From the IMG/VR virus record IMGVR_UViG_3300045988_146546, positions 1 to 32,000 of that record: DNA of 32,000 nucleotides; one strand, given 5' to 3'. Position numbers and translations under genes: made by a program. Position 1 is the first letter of the stretch; each line of letters opens with the position of its first letter. The notes under the pieces were generated by a model. It saw only the letters and a list, made by a program, of their open reading frames with translations, searched no databases and was not told where the DNA came from. Of this stretch, positions 1-4,611 are shown piece after piece. The stretch comes from a virus.

Positions 1-10
1 AATTTCTAAA

Positions 11-86
11 TGGCGGTCCAGATGGGACTCGAACCCACGATCTCCTCCGTGACAGGGAGGCATGTTAACCACTACACCACTGGACC
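11..86 (-). tRNA. tRNA-Asp (anticodon GTC), CCA encoded
   Basis: The reverse complement reads GGTCCAGTGGTGTAGTGGTTAACATGCCTCCCTGTCACGGAGGAGATCGTGGGTTCGAGTCCCATCTGGACCGCCA. Acceptor stem is GGTCCAG/CTGGACC; anticodon stem is CCTCC/GGAGG with loop CTGTCAC; a GGTTCGAGTCC T-arm is present; length 76 nt. Confidence 0.93.
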
Positions 87-287
87 AATATTTAATTTTA
101 AATGGAGCAGATGAGGGGATTATATTAATACCTCATATCTATTGATATTTGATGTTATTTGCATCATTATCTACATGTTTTGATAGCACTTTGTTGTTTT
201 GTACCCCAAAATGTACCTCACTGCTTCACGCAAGAAAGATAATACAGTATAAACCATATTATGTCAAACATTTTTTTATTTTATTTT

Positions 288-1049
288 TTATTGAACCTCA
301 ATCAATGGGTCACAGTTTACCCAAACTCCGCCAATCTTTGCAAGATTTTTTTTCACATTGACTTCATCAACTCGAATTCTTGTAACGTAGATAACGGCAT
401 CTGTGGTATGCAATACGTTGTCATTGTATCCATCCGAATTGCGTACCTTGTCAACTAAGCTGATTGGGAACCAACCACCTAATTGAGCTAGATAAGCACA
501 CAAATCATCATTGATGCGTTTCAAACCTTCATCTCCAATTTTCATCTGAACTGATGTCACATAACTACCTGCATGCAAGATTTGATCAATCGCTTCTGCA
601 TGTTGTGGAATGCTTGGTTTAACTGCTCCTGTATTTGCGAAACATTTAGGTCTGAATGCAGTATCAAAGGTAGCGTAATAAGGCAATTTACAAAGTGTAA
701 ATGCTCCATTCTTTCCACCTTGGTTTTGGCCTAAAAACCATCCGAATTTACCATCAATATCTGAATCAAAGATCGCAATGTGTGAGTATGGAGTCCATCC
801 TGCTACTTCCTTGAATACTGCAATGTCTCCCGGTTGCATCACTGAAACCTCGTTGCAGTAGTCCAAAATTCCGTTAGTCTTACGATTGTTCCAAATATCC
901 TTAACATAGCTACTTGTCGTACAATGGATTGCTTTGTACCCCAAATCAATCATGTACTTCATAGTTCCATCCCAACATTGAGCGCCGTAATAGCCATCAA
1001 CGTCATAGGCTTTACCCATTACTTTTTCTTTAAAATCATTATAATTCAT
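288..1049 (-). CDS. Endolysin: N-terminal CHAP peptidase/amidase domain plus a C-terminal SH3b-like wall-binding domain (the latter inferred)
   Basis: CHAP signature: catalytic Cys context YGAQCWDG and His context YSHIAIF. The gene directly follows the holin and is the last gene of the phage module. Confidence 0.85.
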   Translation of the reverse strand: MNYNDFKEKVMGKAYDVDGYYGAQCWDGTMKYMIDLGYKAIHCTTSSYVKDIWNNRKTNGILDYCNEVSVMQPGDIAVFKEVAGWTPYSHIAIFDSDIDGKFGWFLGQNQGGKNGAFTLCKLPYYATFDTAFRPKCFANTGAVKPSIPQHAEAIDQILHAGSYVTSVQMKIGDEGLKRINDDLCAYLAQLGGWFPISLVDKVRNSDGYNDNVLHTTDAVIYVTRIRVDEVNVKKNLAKIGGVWVNCDPLIEVQ

Positions 1050-1280
1050 TTACTCTTCCTCCGGCACACTAATTTCAGGTAATCCGCCAATACTAGTCAA
1101 TAACGAAACGATGCCTGACAAAAACGCTGATGAAATTACAACTCGCCAATCAACGGCTTCCAATAATGCAGATGCTCCAATAACACCAACAGCAGTTTGA
1201 GCAATTGTTTTTAATGCTCTAATACTTGCGTAATAGCCATATTGAATCCACCATTCTTTACTATATTTTTTCATTTTCAA
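1050..1280 (-). CDS. Holin (two predicted TM helices, charged C-terminus)
   Basis: Small protein with hydrophobic stretches TIAQTAVGVIGASALL and VVISSAFLSGIVSLLTSIGG and an acidic tail PEEE, immediately upstream of the endolysin. The track start at 1280 is TTG, only 3 nt after AGGAGG. The ATG at 1274 has a 9-nt spacer and is the more likely start. Confidence 0.75.
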   Translation of the reverse strand: MKMKKYSKEWWIQYGYYASIRALKTIAQTAVGVIGASALLEAVDWRVVISSAFLSGIVSLLTSIGGLPEISVPEEE

Positions 1281-1313
1281 ATACCTCCTATCCTAATGAT
1301 AGTATTTAAATCG

Positions 1314-1332
1314 TTTGTACACTGTACAAAAT
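1314..1332. promoter_or_regulatory. Palindromic box copy 1 (TTTGTACACTGTACAAAAT) upstream of the holin
   Basis: 8-1-8 inverted repeat TTTGTACA-C-TGTACAAA, base-for-base identical to 23809..23827. Lies in the 73-nt gap between the terminator of the upstream cassette and the holin RBS. Confidence 0.5.
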
Positions 1333-1354
1333 AAAAGACCGTATTTAACGGCCT
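1331..1354 (-). terminator. Intrinsic terminator after the 1354..1836 gene
   Basis: The minus strand reads AGGCCGT-TAAAT-ACGGTCT (7-bp stem, one G-U pair) followed by TTTTATTTT. It overlaps the TAA stop at 1354..1356. Confidence 0.6.
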
Positions 1355-1836
1355 TATTGATACATATTAAACATGTCTCGAATATGTGTCTTAATCATTG
1401 TTTTTTCTTCATCTGAATCAACGCATTCATGAATCATAGTAACAATTTGTTGCATACATTTCATAGTCTTATCTAATTCACGATGAGACTTTTCTAAATC
1501 CATCTCACCTTTTGTACGCTTATATTCTTCTTTGAACGCTTTATATTTTTTCAAATGTTCTGCAAGCTTATAAACAATATCTTCTGTTTCTGGATCATGA
1601 ATATTATATCCATCATTATCTTCTTTTAATCTTGCAACAGTTGAAACTCCATCTTTTCCTATCTCAATTTGATATTTATTTCTCATTGCTTCTATCGTTT
1701 CAATGTCTTTGATATTATCCAAAGCTTGAGATAATGCATGGAAATAAGATTCTGCATATCCATATTTCTCTAACATGTTTACTGACTCATGCATTATCTT
1801 CTCATTAACTTCCATTGCTTTATGCATATTTTTCAC
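1354..1836 (-). CDS. Hypothetical helical protein (last gene of the tail-lysis cassette)
   Basis: Long ORF in the operon. The track start is GTG at 1836. The ATG at 1827 is preceded by TAGGTGA plus 5 nt and is more likely. No motif recognised. Confidence 0.6.
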   Translation of the reverse strand: MKNMHKAMEVNEKIMHESVNMLEKYGYAESYFHALSQALDNIKDIETIEAMRNKYQIEIGKDGVSTVARLKEDNDGYNIHDPETEDIVYKLAEHLKKYKAFKEEYKRTKGEMDLEKSHRELDKTMKCMQQIVTMIHECVDSDEEKTMIKTHIRDMFNMYQ

Positions 1837-2256
1837 CTACGCAATCTTTTTAATGATAATGTTTGCATTTTGAACAGATAGATCTAAACCACTGTCATTT
1901 GCTAATGCAATTGTATAAGATGCGCCACATGGAACTTGAATTAGAGTGTCTCCATTTACATTTCCATACGCACTTGCAGTTGCAACGGTATAAATAGATT
2001 GTGTTCCACCAATTGCTTCTCCGTTTAGTTCAAGCACTAAAGAAGCTTGTCCTGCCGCTGCACTCGTAATATCCGCAGTATAAGTTACTTCATAGATACC
2101 TGGCTTTGTTAGTGTAAACAATCCACTTCCTAGATCATGAGCAAGCCAACCTTTACATGGACACTGGCAGGATTTAGTTCTTACACGATCTGTAGGAAAC
2201 AATACATTATTTGAATTATCGACTGTCTGAACAGCCGTAGCAATACTATTAATCAT
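1837..2256 (-). CDS. Stand-alone C1q/TNF-like (BclA C-terminal-domain-like) jelly-roll protein
   Basis: Pattern PGIYEVTYTADI ... ASLVLELNGEAIGGT ... NGDTLIQVPCGASYTIALANDSG ... NANIIIKKI matches the strand pattern of C1q/BclA-C domains as I remember it. No collagen repeats and no fibre-anchoring N-terminus. RBS is AGGAGG. Confidence 0.55.
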   Translation of the reverse strand: MINSIATAVQTVDNSNNVLFPTDRVRTKSCQCPCKGWLAHDLGSGLFTLTKPGIYEVTYTADITSAAAGQASLVLELNGEAIGGTQSIYTVATASAYGNVNGDTLIQVPCGASYTIALANDSGLDLSVQNANIIIKKIA

Positions 2257-2280
2257 TTCTTTTATCCTCCTATTAAAATA

Positions 2281-2302
2281 GGGATAGCCTTTCGACTATC
2301 CC
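2281..2302 (-). terminator. Hairpin / possible attenuator between the Cys-rich gene and the C1q-like gene
   Basis: The minus strand reads GGGATAG-tcgaaagg-CTATCCC followed by TATTTTAATAGGAGG. A perfect 12-bp palindrome AGGCAATTGCCT lies nearby at 2314..2325. Confidence 0.4.
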
Positions 2303-2343
2303 ATTAAATCCAAAGGCAATTGCCTAATCACATATGTGCTAGA

Positions 2344-2967
2344 TTATAAGTTGTTGTAGCCATTACATCCACATCCGTTGTTATAAGCGTAATATGGTGA
2401 ACATGTAATGTAAGCTGGTTTTGGTGTTGGTTGCAAAGTATTAATGATATTTGCAGATTGTGCCTGTTGACTTAATTGGAAATTAGCCGTCAATAAATCA
2501 CGGTCACGATCAGCTAAACGATCACGTAATTCTTGCATAGTGTTTGCATTGATCAACGCACGTGTTGCTTCACCTTCTGAATGAATTGCTGTTGTAATGT
2601 CACAAGTATTTTTGAAACTTTGAGCATTTACATTGTCAATTGCTCGTTGAGTGTTGCAGCAGCATTCTTGTTGCTGAGCTTGCAAGTTTTGAAGTCCTAA
2701 CTGATTAGTATAGCGACTTTCTAATACATCACGTTGAGTTTGACAACCTGTTTGAGATACATTTGTGTTTGTGTTAAAAATATCTCGTTTAATGAATTCT
2801 TCATTTAATAAAGAATCATTTGTTAGGTTTCCGTTGCCATATCCTCCAGATCCAAATAACACGAAGATTAGCAAGATCCAAATCCACCAACCTCCGCCGT
2901 TTCCAAAGCCGTCATCTCTTTCAGCTAAGTTGTAAGTTGGTTGAATTCCCATTCCATTTTCCATCAT
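2344..2967 (-). CDS. Membrane-anchored coiled-coil protein with 8 cysteines (unknown function)
   Basis: Gly-flanked TM segment GFGNGGGWWIWILLIFVLFGSGGYGNGN, a Gln-rich helical middle, cysteine clusters ECCCN and NGCGCNG, and C-terminus GYNNL. Confidence 0.6.
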   Translation of the reverse strand: MMENGMGIQPTYNLAERDDGFGNGGGWWIWILLIFVLFGSGGYGNGNLTNDSLLNEEFIKRDIFNTNTNVSQTGCQTQRDVLESRYTNQLGLQNLQAQQQECCCNTQRAIDNVNAQSFKNTCDITTAIHSEGEATRALINANTMQELRDRLADRDRDLLTANFQLSQQAQSANIINTLQPTPKPAYITCSPYYAYNNGCGCNGYNNL

Positions 2968-3008
2968 ATATGTTCTCCTTTCTTTCTATAATAACGGTTT
3001 ATCCGTTG

Positions 3009-3251
3009 TTACCTGATTCCAAACTGTTTTGCCATTTGTTGAAGTTGTTGCTTTTGTTGTGGATTTAAATTACCCATCATCTGATTTAAAATCGCTTGTG
3101 GATTTTGACCACTGTTCATAAGCATTTGAAATTGTTGAAATGCTTGTGGATTTTTCTGTGACAACATATTCATTAACATTTGTTGGGGATTCCCCATATT
3201 CATCATGTTCATAGGATTCATATTACCCATAATACTTTTTAAAGGATTCAT
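3009..3251 (-). CDS. Met/Asn/Gln-rich low-complexity repeat protein (80 aa)
   Basis: By my count of the given translation, 15 Met, 13 Asn and 17 Gln out of 80 residues. Four NPQ-containing repeats (GNPQQM, KNPQAF, QNPQAI, LNPQQK). Start overlaps the upstream gene stop (3248/3251), which suggests coupling. Confidence 0.5.
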   Translation of the reverse strand: MNPLKSIMGNMNPMNMMNMGNPQQMLMNMLSQKNPQAFQQFQMLMNSGQNPQAILNQMMGNLNPQQKQQLQQMAKQFGIR

Positions 3252-3697
3252 TTTGTTTGTGCTCCTTTCTTTGGTTGCTCATTAGCTTGTTTTGGTGGTT
3301 TGCTTAATGCACATATCAAATCATCTAATTTCTTTTCGATTCCATTTACACGATTTTCAATGCTGTTAGAATTATCTTCTTTGATTTCTTCAAATTTGAA
3401 CTTTTTAAATGTTCCATCTAAAGCCTTCATATAGAAAATAGATTTATTATTATCGAATAAAATCGTAGGTAGATTTGCGTTCGCAAAGTTTTTAGCTTCA
3501 TCTTCGTTATTCACCCATTTTCCATTAAAATCAAAATTACCTTGTTGTTGTGGTGTAATCTGATTATTAATGTTGATAGGTGGAATATTTGCATACTGTT
3601 GTACTTGCTGAATTTGTTGATCTATCATTTGTCTTTGTTGCATCAAACTGTCAATTCGTGCTTGTGCTGGATTATAATTGTTATACATTTCAACCAC
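3248..3697 (-). CDS. Hypothetical protein: Gln-rich N-terminus, globular centre, coiled-coil with a Lys-rich tail
   Basis: First gene of the cassette. The track start is GTG at 3697. The ATG at 3688 (MYNNYNP) is preceded by GAGGTGG plus 5 nt and is more likely. Confidence 0.6.
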   Translation of the reverse strand: MVEMYNNYNPAQARIDSLMQQRQMIDQQIQQVQQYANIPPININNQITPQQQGNFDFNGKWVNNEDEAKNFANANLPTILFDNNKSIFYMKALDGTFKKFKFEEIKEDNSNSIENRVNGIEKKLDDLICALSKPPKQANEQPKKGAQTK

Positions 3698-3711
3698 CTC
3701 TTTACGCTTTA

Positions 3712-3740
3712 ATTATATGTTTACGTAATAAATAATTTAA
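3712..3740 (-). promoter_or_regulatory. Candidate promoter of the 3697..1354 cassette
   Basis: The minus strand has a perfect -10 TATAAT (3717..3712), a 17-nt spacer and a weak -35 TTAAAT (3740..3735). It sits directly after the terminator of the late operon. Confidence 0.4.
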
Positions 3741-3765
3741 TACTCGAATAATACTCATAAAATAC

Positions 3766-3800
3766 CCAAAATAAAATGAGCAACCATTATAGATTGCTCA
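3766..3800 (-). terminator. Intrinsic terminator ending the structural late operon
   Basis: The minus strand reads TGAGCAA-tctataatgg-TTGCTCA followed by TTTTATTTTGGG. The stem overlaps the last codons and stop of the 3787..4020 gene. Confidence 0.6.
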
Positions 3801-4020
3801 CATATTTATCGAACATTTTTTTTGCTTTGCATACTCTGTTCCTTATGGTTTGTACTTCCATATGTAATGCATCTGCAATTTCTGTGCATGACATATCATA
3901 CACGTATCTCATAATCAAAACCTGTTCATATTTCTTTCTTAATCCAACAGATTTGATAAGTATTAATGCATCATTAGGACGTATCTCTTTTAATCTGTCA
4001 GCTTTGTTAATATAAACCAC
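3787..4020 (-). CDS. Sigma-70 region-4-only HTH protein (77 aa)
   Basis: YEQVLIMRYVYDMSCTEIADALHMEVQTIRNRVCKAKKMF fits the region 4.2 pattern (hydrophobic-RY, S-x-x-EIA, T-I/V-x-x-R-x-x-K/R-A). No region 2 is present. Confidence 0.6.
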   Translation of the reverse strand: MVYINKADRLKEIRPNDALILIKSVGLRKKYEQVLIMRYVYDMSCTEIADALHMEVQTIRNRVCKAKKMFDKYVSNL

Positions 4021-4028
4021 CGCCTTAA

Positions 4029-4262
4029 TTAAATTCGTTGGTTTGAATTAGCTTCGCAAGAACAATTATTCACATGATCATCTTTCCAATAACCACGACA
4101 AACAATAGTAGAATAAAGAACAATAATCACTAAAACCAATACTGTAATAATCGTTCTACTTGTTTTATAGTTTCTATCAATTAATTTTGAGCAAAAACCA
4201 TAAATGTTATCTACTTTTTCTTCTACATTCTGAAGTTTCTTGTTTGCATCTTTAATATCCAT
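4029..4262 (-). CDS. Small membrane protein: N-terminal coiled coil, one TM, Cys-containing tail (XhlA-like topology)
   Basis: Coiled-coil-like KKLQNVEEKVDNI, then TM IITVLVLVIIVLYSTIV. The position after the tail fibres is typical of XhlA-type proteins, but similarity was not verified. Confidence 0.4.
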   Translation of the reverse strand: MDIKDANKKLQNVEEKVDNIYGFCSKLIDRNYKTSRTIITVLVLVIIVLYSTIVCRGYWKDDHVNNCSCEANSNQRI

Positions 4263-4545
4263 TTTTATTACGTTCCTCCAACGCTTCTACACGATTAAAC
4301 AAAGTTTTTATTTGTTGTTTTAGTTCTGAAAGCTCCACTTCCATTGAATTGCTTCCTTTTTTTATTTCTGAAATTGAATTTTTAATATCACTTAAATCCG
4401 ATTTAATATGTTCTAATTCATTCTTCAAAAATGCCATATTGGATATTTGCTCTCCATCCATCTTTCGTGTGCCACGATTATACGTAATAAATGCAATTAC
4501 AAGCATGCATGCAGAAATAATAACACTAAGATATTCACCACTCAT
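4252..4545 (-). CDS. Small membrane protein: N-terminal TM plus C-terminal coiled coil
   Basis: TM YLSVIISACMLVIAFITY followed by heptad-like ELEHIKSDLSDIKNSISEIKK ... LKQQIKTLFNRVEALEE. The 3' end overlaps the next gene by 11 nt. Confidence 0.5.
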   Translation of the reverse strand: MSGEYLSVIISACMLVIAFITYNRGTRKMDGEQISNMAFLKNELEHIKSDLSDIKNSISEIKKGSNSMEVELSELKQQIKTLFNRVEALEERNKNGY

Positions 4546-4611
4546 ATTCGTTTTCCTTTCAAGTTTTCATTCTATTTAAATACAATAATTAACTAAAACT
4601 TATTTAGTTAA

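Noticed and set aside
11-86. tRNA-Asp as the prophage integration target.
   Set aside because: The phage lies on the 5' side of the tRNA, and no integrase or repeated att core can be seen in the window. The idea is kept only as an open question in the findings.
149-458. ORFs 149..361 and 261..458 (plus strand) near the left edge.
   Set aside because: They overlap the endolysin 3' end and the tRNA-proximal spacer, have no RBS and look like hydrophobic junk translations.
1272-1280. Possible lambda-S-like dual start (Met-Lys-Met) giving holin and antiholin from TTG 1280 and ATG 1274.
   Set aside because: The TTG is only 3 nt from the AGGAGG, too close for efficient initiation, and there is no upstream structure to regulate start choice. 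It is most likely a coincidence of the ORF caller extending to the first start-like codon.
2820-3068. Plus-strand ORFs lying antisense inside minus-strand phage genes. Examples are 2820..3068, 3776..4015, 4349..4579, 5276..5458, 8005..8319, 8859..9131, 9964..10146, 11986..14202 (series), 14829..15077, 16202..16414, 16818..17042, 17228..17422, 21238..21429, 22462..22781, 23020..23220, 25343..25552 (minus), 26625..26840, 27071..27349, 27514..27774, 27897..28193, 28952..29242, 29612..29929 and 29926..30114.
   Set aside because: They are shadow ORFs opposite long, well-supported genes. They have no Shine-Dalgarno sequences and show odd, low-complexity or hydrophobic composition typical of antisense frames in A+T-rich DNA.
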